From Candidatus Bathyarchaeota archaeon (GTDB taxonomy: Archaea; Thermoproteota; Bathyarchaeia; TCS64), in contig CAWACK010000024.1 of assembly GCA_963780545.1 (NCBI GenBank), positions 9,589 to 73,588 of the forward strand: a DNA stretch of 64,000 nt, in the 5' to 3' direction. Shown one piece after another: positions 21,827 to 32,254 of the stretch. The notes below the pieces were generated by a model. That model saw only the letters and a list, made by a program, of their open reading frames with translations, was not told where the DNA came from and searched no databases. Positions within the stretch are counted from its first letter, which is position 1. Each line of letters begins with the position of its first letter. A program made the translations under genes and the position numbers.

Positions 21827-22757
21827 ATGCGTGCGTGAGAGACATATCATGACCACGGGCGCGTGCACCCATTTCGATTATTGGTGGAGGTAGGTGAGTT
21901 TTACCATGGGGAGAACTAGTTTGTTGCCGAGTTTTTCCGAGAGAGTGAGCTAAAAGACCGATACCCTTTCGCGCGCGCGATCTGGGTATATGTGTGATCC
22001 AGAATAATTAATACGAGTTGGGGAAAAGAAAGATGACTCCTGAACAGGCTAGAGAAATCCTGAAACGTATACGAAACCGTGCAGACGTATCTTCAGAGTC
22101 TAATGAGGGTATCTATCTTAGCGCCGGTGAGTGGGACTGGGGAAACGAAGGAGAGCTCGTTCCATTGATCATGGAGATGTGTAAGGAAATGAAGCCAAAT
22201 TAGTCCAAGTAAAACTCACGGTTATGGAATATTAGTCACTCGAATGCGCGCGCATAGCTATGAGGTAAATATCAAATAATCAATTCTTCCAAGCACGGGA
22301 TCAAACGGCGTCATCGATGCTCTTAATCAGGCATTTGCTTCGCTTAATGAATTCGATCTTCACGTCTTTGACAAAATATCATCTCATATCACACGCACTT
22401 GCACCTATTCTTATTTAGCAATTGTTTCAAGCCACTCCCGCTGAGCCCAAAGTGCACACCCGCCCGAAGTCTCAGGAAGCTGGGGGTGCTTCTCACGAAT
22501 CCTCCTCAGGAAACCTGACCCCAGCGCCTCCCTAAGAGACGTGTCCCTCAGATTCATATCTGAGTAGGGTATAAACAAGCATGCTCAAGCCTTCGATAGC
22601 TTTAGAGTAGTTATTGAACTTGTTGAGGCCATCAAGGTAGGCCTGGAAGCTCCCGAACTTCCACCTGATGGTCTACATCTGATGAGCATTGAAGATTGTG
22701 GCTTATCCGCGTGCGGTTTGGAGCTCGCAGAATCGTATGTTGGGTTATCACAATGAT

Positions 22758-22868
22758 GTCTTGGATGCCGAGGAGTTCCATAGGCAGAGATATGCTCGGT
22801 GGAGATTTGAAGGAGCAGTTCACTCAGATGCTTCGTGACCTTCGTGAAGCAAAGAAGCAGAACAATTA
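22758..22868 (+). pseudogene. SHOCT-domain gene fragment (paralog remnant of 39010..39381)
   Basis: ...LGGDLKEQFTQMLRDLREAKK resembles the SHOCT C-terminus EQFDQMLRDLRE; lies in a 1.2-kb ORF-poor region. Confidence 0.3.
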
Positions 22869-23412
22869 AGCGGTGTTAGAGTGTGAATGTGCGCATGTTA
22901 TGAAGCCTTGTAGGTCTTCATCTATACATGTATATGCGGTTTGTCGATAGTGTGCGGATTGTCGCTACTTTCCGGTGGACGCGCACTTTCATATGCACAA
23001 TCTATGAATCCGTAATCGATTTACTTAATATACGATTTAAACAATCCTGATTCAACCAGCTTGGTAGAGCTGGCCTCAGGGAACAACTAGATGCTGAAAC
23101 AGCAACCAGTGGACAATGGGGCCCATTGGGCCCCCATGCTCAAAATACTACAACGGGACTCCGTGCAGAAGGAGCGTACGCGTGCACGCTTTTAAGCAGT
23201 GGTAAATGCTAATTTTCATTACGCACTCATGTTTCCAAGGTTTTATGAGATTCCTCGCGCGCGCGCATCTGTATTATTCAGTTGAAGCAAATTCTCTAGT
23301 TTATTGTTTATTTAATAATATTCGCAGACTTCATGTTTTCCTTCACTAGATACTATTCTTCGTTATCAATCGGTGCGTGCTCAACGCGTACTAGCCTTGG
23401 GTTTGGACTATT

Positions 23413-24639
23413 TTAGATCCTTCTGCTACTCTCCCTTACGACAAGCATCAGCAGGAAGGATGCGATCGCGGAGAAAGTTAGGAACCACCAGGCATCGGTA
23501 TAGGCACCAGACGAGTCGACTATGAAGCCGAAGATGGGTGGGCCAAATATATTACCCAGTAGGTTGATGGTTGTGGAGTATCCCACTGCTAAGCCGGTCA
23601 CCTCAGCACTGGCGAACTCCGATACGAGGACGAAGTTGAGGCCAGCCCAACCTATAGCTCCAAACCCGAAGATAGTGAAGACGATTACTAAAATAGAGTA
23701 TGAGGTGCCGGATGTAATGACCTGCATAAGAGTCGAGGTAATCGCTACTGTGGCTGCGACAAGTAGGAGAGGTTTTCGCCTGCTTCCCCCAAACACTCGG
23801 TCGCTGATAGCTCCGAAAAATGGTTTTCCTACGGCGCCTCCACCGTTTGCTAAGGCGAGGAAACCCGCAGCCACGGCTACCGTCATACCCAATGACGACT
23901 TAAGGAAGACGACAAGGTAGGCTATCAGCGAGAATTCAACTGTAGAGAGACCGAGGGCAGTGAGACTGACTAGGAGAATGTTCCGATCCAGAATCACTGA
24001 CCTGAGTTTATCCCATGAAGCATCGTCTCCTCTCTCCGACGTTATCGTGGTCGAAGCCGAATCTTTCTCCCTGTATAGCGTGTAGGAAACCAACGCAAAT
24101 CCGATGCTAACTATCCCAGTTGCTGTGAATGCAGATCTCCACCCCAGTGAGAGGGCTAATGCGGGTAGGGTTGAGGCAGTGAGAATACCAGCGAGGTTCA
24201 TGGCTGTCTGGTTGATCCCGATTGCAGTGCCCCTTTCTTTCATTTGGAACCACTGAACGATTGCCTTCATCGCGGTAGTGGGAAAGCAGCCGCATCCGAG
24301 GCCTATTAGGAAGAGAATGACTAGAACCGACGCTAGACTTTGGGCGATTAGCATAAGAAGCGCGAACATTCCCGCTGAGAATGTGCCGATGAAGAGCATC
24401 TTCTTTACCCCTATCCTGTCGGCTAGCCAACCCGCGGGAGTCTGAGCAACTGTGTAGCCGATGGCTGATGCTGAACTGAGGAAACCAACCTCGGTCAATG
24501 AAAGCTTGAGGTCCCCCGCCATGAGTGGTGTGAGTGGTGATGCGGTCATTCTCACCATGTAAACTGCCGTATAGCTGAGCCAGGCTAGCACCAATACTAC
24601 CCATCGGTAGCTACCGCTGCTAGAATCGTCTCCAGCCAT
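23413..24639 (-). CDS. MFS transporter
   Basis: 408 aa, 12 TM helices, MFS motifs. Confidence 0.8.
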   Translation of the reverse strand: MAGDDSSSGSYRWVVLVLAWLSYTAVYMVRMTASPLTPLMAGDLKLSLTEVGFLSSASAIGYTVAQTPAGWLADRIGVKKMLFIGTFSAGMFALLMLIAQSLASVLVILFLIGLGCGCFPTTAMKAIVQWFQMKERGTAIGINQTAMNLAGILTASTLPALALSLGWRSAFTATGIVSIGFALVSYTLYREKDSASTTITSERGDDASWDKLRSVILDRNILLVSLTALGLSTVEFSLIAYLVVFLKSSLGMTVAVAAGFLALANGGGAVGKPFFGAISDRVFGGSRRKPLLLVAATVAITSTLMQVITSGTSYSILVIVFTIFGFGAIGWAGLNFVLVSEFASAEVTGLAVGYSTTINLLGNIFGPPIFGFIVDSSGAYTDAWWFLTFSAIASFLLMLVVRESSRRI

Positions 24640-24865
24640 TCCTCAGAAAACAGCTGTTGTTGAATAAAAAATGTCACACATCAAGTGCACTCATGTTGTA
24701 GTGGGTAATAAAGTCACATTGTCGATAATGCCTCAGACACTGTCCACTGGAGGCACATCTTGAGGGGAAACAGGTTACCGCTTATGAAGCGATTTCTGTA
24801 GGCATTGTGTTAGGTGTTGTGATTCTAGTCTGGCTACGAAGAAGAGATTAAAAAAATTCCCGAGC

Positions 24866-25300
24866 TTATTTTTCCTTTATTTTTTTAGTTGTTCTCTTAA
24901 ACTTCATTGGGATTAAATCAGATATCTTTACCTTGAAGGGATCGTCTAAGGAACCAACGATAACCCAAGTATCCAAAGAAAAATCACTTATCAATTCCCT
25001 GCATCTACCGCATGGGCTAAGCAACTCGTATTTTCCTTTTCCGTCACCCCAAATTGCCACGATAGTCTCAAACTTCCTATCCCCATGGGCTACAGCGTGG
25101 CAGATGGCTGCAACTTCTCCACACACGTCGGCGAAACCGACATTCGCATTAGTGTGAATCCCGGTATAGATCTTTTTACTTGTTGTTCGTAGTGCGGATG
25201 CGACCTCATGGACATCATCTAGGTGGAAGCTATCAGCAGTTTTCTTCGCTGCTTCAATTAATTCGAAGTCTTCTTCAGACAGCTTGATTTTTGATTCCAT
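24866..25300 (-). CDS. cytidine-deaminase-fold protein closely resembling blasticidin-S deaminase
   Basis: C(G/A)E...LLSPCGRCRE zinc motif and overall similarity to BSD (~130 aa). Confidence 0.7.
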   Translation of the reverse strand: MESKIKLSEEDFELIEAAKKTADSFHLDDVHEVASALRTTSKKIYTGIHTNANVGFADVCGEVAAICHAVAHGDRKFETIVAIWGDGKGKYELLSPCGRCRELISDFSLDTWVIVGSLDDPFKVKISDLIPMKFKRTTKKIKEK

Positions 25301-25612
25301 TCTATTTATAGTGAATTACCTACCTCTAAAGAGTTGAGCTTCCTGTTTCAAGGTGATTTGTAAGTCTCCGCTGAGATACCTATTGGTCTCGTAGGCGCTG
25401 GACTATCCAGAAATTCATCCACAGAAAAAATAACCTTATTTAAGCAGTTGGGGTTCGTCCCTCAAAAATCTGTCCAACCTGAAGTAGGACGTTTGAGTTG
25501 TTGCCAGTGGATGTTGTGGTTTGACTGCGTGGGGGTTTCTGCCTATGAGTGCTTTTTGGACCAGTTTGAGGTTTGATTCAGCTCTCTAGAGTTCCACATG
25601 CGCCTATTCTAA

Positions 25613-26588
25613 TAATTAATTGATTAATTCTTAAGAAAAACAATTGTTTTAGATCTTTGAGTTTTTATCTTTTTTCTTCGGTATGTTGTTTTCATACATA
25701 AGTATCTGTTACTTCATATGTGTCGGTTTCATACATGATCTATTTATTGTTTCTAGCATAGACGTGTACACTTTTACTCCTCGGGTTAGTTCAAATCGAC
25801 GATCACCATCTCACCGGTCGTCAGCCGACACCGCTGCCAGTAACCTCGATTGTACTCCTCGACCGCTTTGTCGTTCATCCCATCGCTGGAGTGCATCGCT
25901 TCCAAATGATTCGAAGTGTTCCCCACCCGGGCCGAGCCGCTTGTTAATCTGCTCCAGTACATCGTCATCCTCGGAGGCGGAGGTGTTAAGCGGAGCGTTC
26001 GTATTTTGCGCTTCGTTCGCATCGCTCGCATCGCGTTGGCTACCCCCTATAGAAGCGCGTTTATCAGGCGTTACCGCATTCGATACGAGCGAAGCGTTCG
26101 ATGCGACCGATGCGACCGATGTGCCCGATTCGTTCGATGCGCTAACTTCTTTACGCTCGCTCTTCGCCGCGCTTCCTACCCATCCCGGTATTTGTTTTTC
26201 GCTGTAGCCGAGAGCTTTCAATTCATCGCGTTTAGCCGATTGCGTTTTCAACGTAGTAATGTAAGCATTCAACGCATGAGGGCTGATGTCCATCGCTTCG
26301 GCGAACGCTTTCTTATCGAGCTGCTTCTGGACGTCGGGATCTCTGGCCGCAAGCAACTGAGAGTAGATTTCCTGCTTTAACAGATTGTTCTAGGACAAAA
26401 GCGTTCATTGAAATTCATATGATACGGGTGTGACGCTGGATAATGTTGGTTTCATAAATTATTTGCCAAAATGTGTGTCGGTTTCATACATTAGATTTTA
26501 ATGGTTTTTAGTGTGTCTATTTCATGCATATAATTTCAATTGATTCTTCACTGTATGTTTCAACCAGTATAGATTAATTAATTGATTA
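25613..26588. mobile_element. ~1-kb cassette bounded by perfect 14-bp direct repeats TAATTAATTGATTA (25613-25626, 26575-26588) with internal GTGTCGGTTTCATACAT repeats
   Basis: Direct repeats read from the sequence. There is a symmetric arrangement of TTTCATACAT-type copies inside each end (25689-25700, 25720-25736, 26448-26460, 26475-26491, 26518-26530). The single internal gene has foreign-looking codon usage. Confidence 0.4.
25811..26356 (-). CDS. hypothetical protein of atypical composition inside a repeat-flanked cassette (TTG start)
   Basis: 181 aa; helical N-terminus then Ser/Ala-rich low-complexity region; CpG-rich NCG-codon usage unlike neighbouring genes; overlapping + strand ORFs are Ser/Arg-rich antisense artefacts. 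Confidence 0.45.
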   Translation of the reverse strand: MLAARDPDVQKQLDKKAFAEAMDISPHALNAYITTLKTQSAKRDELKALGYSEKQIPGWVGSAAKSERKEVSASNESGTSVASVASNASLVSNAVTPDKRASIGGSQRDASDANEAQNTNAPLNTSASEDDDVLEQINKRLGPGGEHFESFGSDALQRWDERQSGRGVQSRLLAAVSADDR

Positions 26589-26651
26589 CCTTGTTTTCGT
26601 TAGCAATCTATTGAAATGTTGCGATGTGGATTAATAAATCTCCAACGATAG

Positions 26652-26972
26652 TTGATCAACGCTATGCATATGCTCGATGGGTTGGATGAGCCTAAGGCGG
26701 CTCTCAGGATGCTCATAGAGTTATCCTCTAGTATTCAGGGTATGAACGTGACCTGGCTATACAGGGTTATGAGGGAGAAGTACAGCGTTGGGAGACCCGC
26801 CGTTGATTCATCAGTTAAGGCGCTCATGGAGGCAGGGTTGGTTGAGGAGTATGAGTCAAATGGGGCTAGATCCAGGTTAAAGGTAATTATTTTGACCCAG
26901 TTAGGAGATGAAATCGTGTTGAGACTCAGGGATATCGAGACTATCATGGAAGGTGCTAAGAAGCAATCCTGA
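26652..26972 (+). CDS. small winged-helix DNA-binding protein
   Basis: 106 aa, wHTH-like. Confidence 0.45.
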   Translation: MINAMHMLDGLDEPKAALRMLIELSSSIQGMNVTWLYRVMREKYSVGRPAVDSSVKALMEAGLVEEYESNGARSRLKVIILTQLGDEIVLRLRDIETIMEGAKKQS

Positions 26973-27228
26973 CGTCTTGATAAGTCAAAAGTTTATGGAG
27001 GGCATTCAAGCAATCGCGCGCACACATTAACCCAATCGATATCTATAGCTAACGTATTTCGACCTTAGATTTCATCATAATTAACCTATCAAAATGTGTC
27101 CAATTTTAGGGTCCAGCTCGACTAAATAAAAAAATCTTCAGCGCTCAAGGATAGTTGAAGTCCTCCCAAAAGAAGACAAATCTTCAGTTTAATCATGCTA
27201 GCCTATAATATTGGATCTGATGGGCGCG

Positions 27229-27948
27229 TCACTGTTCAGGCTCGAATGTCGGCATCCATGGCACTACCCTGATCGATGGATCTCGAAGGTCATTCAGAAC
27301 AGCCACATTTAGAAGAAGTGGAGTAATAGACTCGATAAACTTCGAGTTCTCTAAGGGCCCAACTCTGAGGGGGCGAAGGTTGGGTATGTCTCTCACTAGG
27401 CTACCCACTTTGGCCAGTGAAAGCTCATCGTCCCCTGCGAGGAGCACATCGACGTTCAGCACTGAATCTATGTTATAAAGATAGGATGCGGGAACTGTTT
27501 GGAACGCTGAGACCACAAATGAGGGCTTCACAACGTCCTGAATCACCTCAGCGGCTGAACGCGTACGCAGGTCAATCGAAACATCTCCCTCCAGCGGCGT
27601 CCAGTAAAAAAGCTTCTTCCTTCGACTCATCGGGACTACCGTAGAGATGATCACCTTCTCGGGCGTGAATAGAGGTGAAAACCCTTTCAGATACTCCGCT
27701 GAAACAGTTGGAGGGAGCGATACGATAACCACCTCCGCTTCCTTTATCGCTTCCTCGTTTAAGACGCCTTTAATGCTTCCCTTCATCGTAGACTGATAGA
27801 AGCCTCTAGCGAGGTTGCTCAGATTAAATGCCGTGGTCGATGCCCTCTCCTGTGATCTGGAGCCTATGAGGAGTTCATGTCTCAGGGCTAGTCTAACGCT
27901 GAGTCCCCTCCCCATGTCGCCGGTTCCGCCTAGTACGCCTATCTTCAA
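27229..27948 (-). CDS. npdG: NADPH-dependent F420 reductase (NpdG/Fno family)
   Basis: MKIGVLGGTGDMGRGL Rossmann N-terminus and family-length (239 aa). Confidence 0.75.
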   Translation of the reverse strand: MKIGVLGGTGDMGRGLSVRLALRHELLIGSRSQERASTTAFNLSNLARGFYQSTMKGSIKGVLNEEAIKEAEVVIVSLPPTVSAEYLKGFSPLFTPEKVIISTVVPMSRRKKLFYWTPLEGDVSIDLRTRSAAEVIQDVVKPSFVVSAFQTVPASYLYNIDSVLNVDVLLAGDDELSLAKVGSLVRDIPNLRPLRVGPLENSKFIESITPLLLNVAVLNDLRDPSIRVVPWMPTFEPEQ

Positions 27949-28093
27949 AATTCGTTCCCTATTTCTAACTTGAGGGTGAGATTTAAAGGAAATTTATTTT
28001 TGAAAGAATTTATTTTTCTAACATGCATATGCGACTACGTTTTACCCGGATTATGCTCCAATTTTAAAAAATTAGCTCAACTTAAGTTATGCC

Positions 28094-28912
28094 TCAACTA
28101 AGCTTCTTCCTCACCCAGTCGGAGAGCTCTTTGCCCGTAGGGAACCAGACGTCGTTTCCCATGTTCGCTTCGGAGATAAACCTCTCCAGCATCCTGAGTC
28201 GGCTCACCCTACCAATACACTCAGGGTGACATGTCAACCCGAAGTATCTCCCTAGATCGTGTAGCCCCTCCCACTCGGGTTTCCAGAGCCTGTAGACCTC
28301 ATCCGGACCCATCCTATCCATTTCAAAATGGGGCCAGTCGTCGAGCAGCCAGTCGACAGGTAGCTCAATAAGCCCCGTATCTACGCCTTTGTGTTTTAGA
28401 AGGTAAGGCATATCCTCATCCATCATATTGCTACTATACTTGAAGCCTAGGTGCTTCATGTGGTTGATGCTGCGTTCTCCAAACATCCAGTACGGGGCCC
28501 TATAGCCCTGTGGTTTAACGCCGACACGCTCAAGTGCGGCGATGCTTTGTTCCCAGACCTCTGCCTCTTTCTCGGCGGATAGCTCCGTCATCCGTTCATG
28601 GGCATAGCTGTGGGCTGCGACCTCGTGACCGTAACTCAGTATCTCGATGAGTGAATCTTTATGATTGTCGCAAGTCCACCCGGGTGTGAAGAAGGTGGTC
28701 TTTATCTGAAGCTTATCAAGCATATCCAGTATCCTGGGGACGGCGACGCGAGGTGCGTATCTCCCCTTGCTTAGCGACGAGAGGTCGTTTGGTGTCTTCC
28801 ATGTCTCAGCGCTCGAGGCATCGTAGTCGAAGCTGAGAAAGAAGCAGCTCTTGTAACCTTTTGGCCAGAAACCCAATAAATTCACCAGAGAAATGAAGCG
28901 GCGGGTCCGCAT
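28094..28912 (-). CDS. polysaccharide deacetylase (CE4/NodB homology domain)
   Basis: NodB-type motifs TFF, HSYAH, RAPY. Confidence 0.8.
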   Translation of the reverse strand: MRTRRFISLVNLLGFWPKGYKSCFFLSFDYDASSAETWKTPNDLSSLSKGRYAPRVAVPRILDMLDKLQIKTTFFTPGWTCDNHKDSLIEILSYGHEVAAHSYAHERMTELSAEKEAEVWEQSIAALERVGVKPQGYRAPYWMFGERSINHMKHLGFKYSSNMMDEDMPYLLKHKGVDTGLIELPVDWLLDDWPHFEMDRMGPDEVYRLWKPEWEGLHDLGRYFGLTCHPECIGRVSRLRMLERFISEANMGNDVWFPTGKELSDWVRKKLS

Positions 28913-29069
28913 TTGAATTCATCGAGGCATTTGAAAACCTCAACACCTAAGCGCCACTCCCAAAACAAAAAATAAATGAATATCGGGGAGTATAGTGCCA
29001 AAGAATCGCGCCGCTTCTATTAACTTAAACGTAGGTTGTTAGTATTTTTGGCTTCTATACGCTAGTTTT

Positions 29070-29528
29070 CTAGAAACCAAATTCGAGGTTTGCACCATAA
29101 AGATTTTGTGCGTTAATGAGGTCTCTTGCGACCCTGTCTTGGTATTTAGCGAAGTTTTTAGTAAGTTCTTTAGTGGTGAATACCCCATAAATAGCGTGGT
29201 CTTTTACCACGACTACTCTCCGTATTCTATTTTTTGTCATGAGATTTATTGCATCATCAAGACTCGCGTCGAAATTAACGGTGATGAGGGGAGTGGACAT
29301 TATTTCGGAGACTTTTACATTTGATGAGTCTTTCTCCTTCGACATAACCTTCACTATTAGATCCTTTTCCGTCACGATTCCAATTGGCTGAGCCTTCTCC
29401 GTAACAATGATGTAACCAATCTCTTTCTCCGCCATGAGTTTAGAAACAACAAGGGCTGAGACATTAGCATCAATTGTTGTAACCTCCTTTCTCATATAAT
29501 CTTTAACTAAGTAAGACACATTCTTCAC
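29070..29528 (-). CDS. CBS-domain pair protein
   Basis: Two CBS repeats in 152 aa. Confidence 0.8.
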   Translation of the reverse strand: MKNVSYLVKDYMRKEVTTIDANVSALVVSKLMAEKEIGYIIVTEKAQPIGIVTEKDLIVKVMSKEKDSSNVKVSEIMSTPLITVNFDASLDDAINLMTKNRIRRVVVVKDHAIYGVFTTKELTKNFAKYQDRVARDLINAQNLYGANLEFGF

Positions 29529-29861
29529 CTGAATTGATTCACCTTATTATACTATATCTAATAATAAGTATTTGTGCCTAAATAATATATGTAAATGTCA
29601 CACACTTAAACTCATTACTTAAATGTTAAACTACAAATGATAGTACTAAAAACCCTTTTTATTTGAAGATCTTTAATGAAAGAATCAATATAAGATCTGA
29701 CGTTTTTTCTAAACAATTCCTTATTAGATGCAATGAGGTTGGTCAGATATCGGTATCCACACTTATCGCGTGCGCGACGAACAATAACGCCTTATTAATA
29801 ATTGTCGTTTCAAGGACTAATGCTACCAATTAGCACATATACACATTGATTTCGTGATTCA

Positions 29862-31100
29862 TCATACTTTACGATCAAGAAGCGATTTTCTAACACGTGC
29901 GTTTACATTATCCCCTTGAAGGTCGCTACCTCTAACGAAGACATAGCCCTCCATGATCCTGCGGGCCGTTCTTTCATACGCTACCCTCTCCAACTTCACA
30001 CCACTGGGCGTCACCTTGGCTTTAGCTTCGACCTCTATTACACCGACCGGATGACCGATCCTCAGGATAGGCTGCCTCCTAGCCTCATCTGAGAGCATTT
30101 CGTAGACCAGCGTCCCAGGTATCCTGGCAGCTGCCCCAGTGCAGACAGTTCCCGTTCCCGGGTAGGTCTTATGCAAATGAAGCATGAACAGAAGGCGAGA
30201 CACAATGTCCATCTCCCCAGCCTCAACCGTTTCGCCTGTAAGATACGACCTATAGGAAGCAGGACGGCTTATTATCGCGAAGAATGGGTTATAGGGGCTT
30301 CTGACGGTCGCATCCTTAGGTGTCTTTGCTAATCCAATTTTAACAGTGGCTGTTCCACGGATGGCCTCGATCTTCCTCATCAGCTCCCAGTTTTCCTCTA
30401 TCTCGTTCGGAGCCTCCGTTCCCCTCAACCCAAGGCTCTTAGCCTCGATGAATACCAGAGGATTACCCGCATCAACTATTGATACAGTGAAGTGGCCATA
30501 CCCAGGTACATCCAGCTCATCTTTCACATTTCCGGTGGGAAGCAATTTCCCAGTTATACCCCCAGCTGAGTCGGAGAAGTCGAGCATGATACTCGCGCCC
30601 GTTCCCGGTACCCCGTCAATGCGGCAGTCCCCCTCAACTGCAGCTTTGCCACCTACAACGGGCACATCGGCTACGATGATGCTCTTAGTGTTAGTTTGAT
30701 GAATCCTGACTCGAGTGACGGGTTCACTCAGCTTAACCATGCCCTCATCGATGGCGTAGGGACCCACCGCCGCGGAGATATTACCGCAGTTACCACCAAA
30801 ATCCACGAAGTCTGTGTCGTAGCTAACCTGAGCGAAGGTATAGTCCACATCCGCGTCGGGTCGCGTAGAGGGTCCAATGATAGCGAGTTTGCTGGTCAGG
30901 ACGTCTGCACCACCCAAGCCGTCGATCTGACGTAGATCCGGGCTGCCAAAAATGGCCCTGATGACTCTGTCTCTCTCAGCAGGGTCGGTGGGCAGCTCAT
31001 TTTTTTTGATAAAAATACCCTTACTAGTACCGCCCCTGTGTATAACAACTCTAAATGCCTTCATCTGAGGATGCATTCCAATCTCTCCATGTTTGCTCAA
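29862..31100 (-). CDS. prpF: PrpF/AcnD-accessory family isomerase (2-methylaconitate isomerase-like)
   Basis: ~400 aa with PrpF family pattern (RGGTSKG..., diaminopimelate-epimerase-like fold). Confidence 0.75.
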   Translation of the reverse strand: MSKHGEIGMHPQMKAFRVVIHRGGTSKGIFIKKNELPTDPAERDRVIRAIFGSPDLRQIDGLGGADVLTSKLAIIGPSTRPDADVDYTFAQVSYDTDFVDFGGNCGNISAAVGPYAIDEGMVKLSEPVTRVRIHQTNTKSIIVADVPVVGGKAAVEGDCRIDGVPGTGASIMLDFSDSAGGITGKLLPTGNVKDELDVPGYGHFTVSIVDAGNPLVFIEAKSLGLRGTEAPNEIEENWELMRKIEAIRGTATVKIGLAKTPKDATVRSPYNPFFAIISRPASYRSYLTGETVEAGEMDIVSRLLFMLHLHKTYPGTGTVCTGAAARIPGTLVYEMLSDEARRQPILRIGHPVGVIEVEAKAKVTPSGVKLERVAYERTARRIMEGYVFVRGSDLQGDNVNARVRKSLLDRKV

Positions 31101-31167
31101 CCGATCAGCTTTAATCGTTTGGTTTTAATTGGGGTTCTGGCCCTTATGGGAGTTAAACCAGTAAGTA

Positions 31168-32103
31168 CTATTTACTATCATCTGCCTCGGTAGCTCTACC
31201 CGTTCCGTACTTCATCTCCATCCTACGAATATCGGGTAAACCCAGAAGTCTGTTAAAATCCTCAAATGCAATCATCCGATCCAACATCCCCGCGGTCGTC
31301 CCTCTCTCCCTCAGCTCATGCATAAGATCCCAAACCGCCTTGGCGGTCACATAAGTTGAAGAGACACAGAATATCACTAAGTTATACCCGATTCGCTCCA
31401 ATTCGGATGCAGATAGAAGCGGCGTCCGACCGTTCTCCAGCATGTTCGCCAGTGTAGGAACCCTGAAGGTAGATGTGACCAGCTTCATCTCCTCGATTGA
31501 CTCCACAGATTCGATAAATATTATGTCAGCACCAGCTTCTTCATAGGCGATTCCCCTAACCAACGCCTCCTCGATGCCATGGGTGGTACGCGCGTCAGTA
31601 CGCGCCATAATCAAAATGTTGTCAGGGCCGCTGCGGGCATCTACAGCTGCCTTAATTTTCCCAACCATCTCATCTCTAGAAATTACTTCTCGACCGAGCA
31701 TGTGGCCGCATTTCTTCGGTGCAACTTGATCCTCAAGCTGTATACAAGCCGCCCCTGATCTCTCGTACTCTCTCACGGTTCGCATCACATTGACAGCATT
31801 TCCGTACCCCGTGTCTCCATCAGCTATGACGGGGATATCTACGGCCTCTGACATGTTGGCTACCCGCTGCACCATCTCAGTCAGAGTTAAAAGTCCAACG
31901 TCTGGTTTGCCGAGTAAGCTAGCTGAAGTTCCGTAGCCGGTCATATACACGGCTTCAAAACCGACTTTCTCGATGATTCGGGCTGTCAAAACGTCGTGAG
32001 CCCCCGGAGCCACTAGGATTTTACCCTGCCGCAGACGTTTCCTTAATAATTCCCCCCGATTCTCCATACTAACTTCCCTAACACTTCCCACAAAATACTC
32101 CAC
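31168..32103 (-). CDS. prpB: methylisocitrate lyase / PEP-mutase-isocitrate-lyase superfamily enzyme
   Basis: VAPGAHD...IADGDTGYG...KKCGH motifs; start probably MENRGELL at 32067. Confidence 0.8.
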   Translation of the reverse strand: MEYFVGSVREVSMENRGELLRKRLRQGKILVAPGAHDVLTARIIEKVGFEAVYMTGYGTSASLLGKPDVGLLTLTEMVQRVANMSEAVDIPVIADGDTGYGNAVNVMRTVREYERSGAACIQLEDQVAPKKCGHMLGREVISRDEMVGKIKAAVDARSGPDNILIMARTDARTTHGIEEALVRGIAYEEAGADIIFIESVESIEEMKLVTSTFRVPTLANMLENGRTPLLSASELERIGYNLVIFCVSSTYVTAKAVWDLMHELRERGTTAGMLDRMIAFEDFNRLLGLPDIRRMEMKYGTGRATEADDSK

Positions 32104-32254
32104 TTAAAACTTTAGAGGATTCCAAAACCCCCACCTTATTCCAAAAAAAAGCATAAGGAGCACACTCTTATGCCATAATACAATGGGTGGCAGCTAATCT
32201 CATCAGGTATACGATAAATCTCCATAGACCACTATTAACCGAGAGAATAAGATT

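Noticed and set aside
23041-23160. Possible tRNA or SRP-like RNA (agcttggtagagct D-arm-like segment; ggggcccattgggcccc hairpin)
   Set aside because: Could not build a cloverleaf. There is no T-arm GTTCRAATC, no complementary acceptor stem and no anticodon stem. It is left only as an unexplained hairpin.
25683-26380. Plus-strand ORFs 25683..26207 and 25916..26380 overlapping the cassette gene
   Set aside because: Ser/Arg/Cys-rich, low-complexity translations typical of antisense frames of a CpG-rich gene. The minus-strand frame gives a more protein-like product.
25600-26600. Replication origin (oriC) hypothesis for the AT-rich repeat-bearing cassette
   Set aside because: There is no orc1/cdc6 or other replication gene adjacent. 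The repeats do not resemble archaeal ORB/mini-ORB elements. The architecture looks more like an insertion cassette or operator array.
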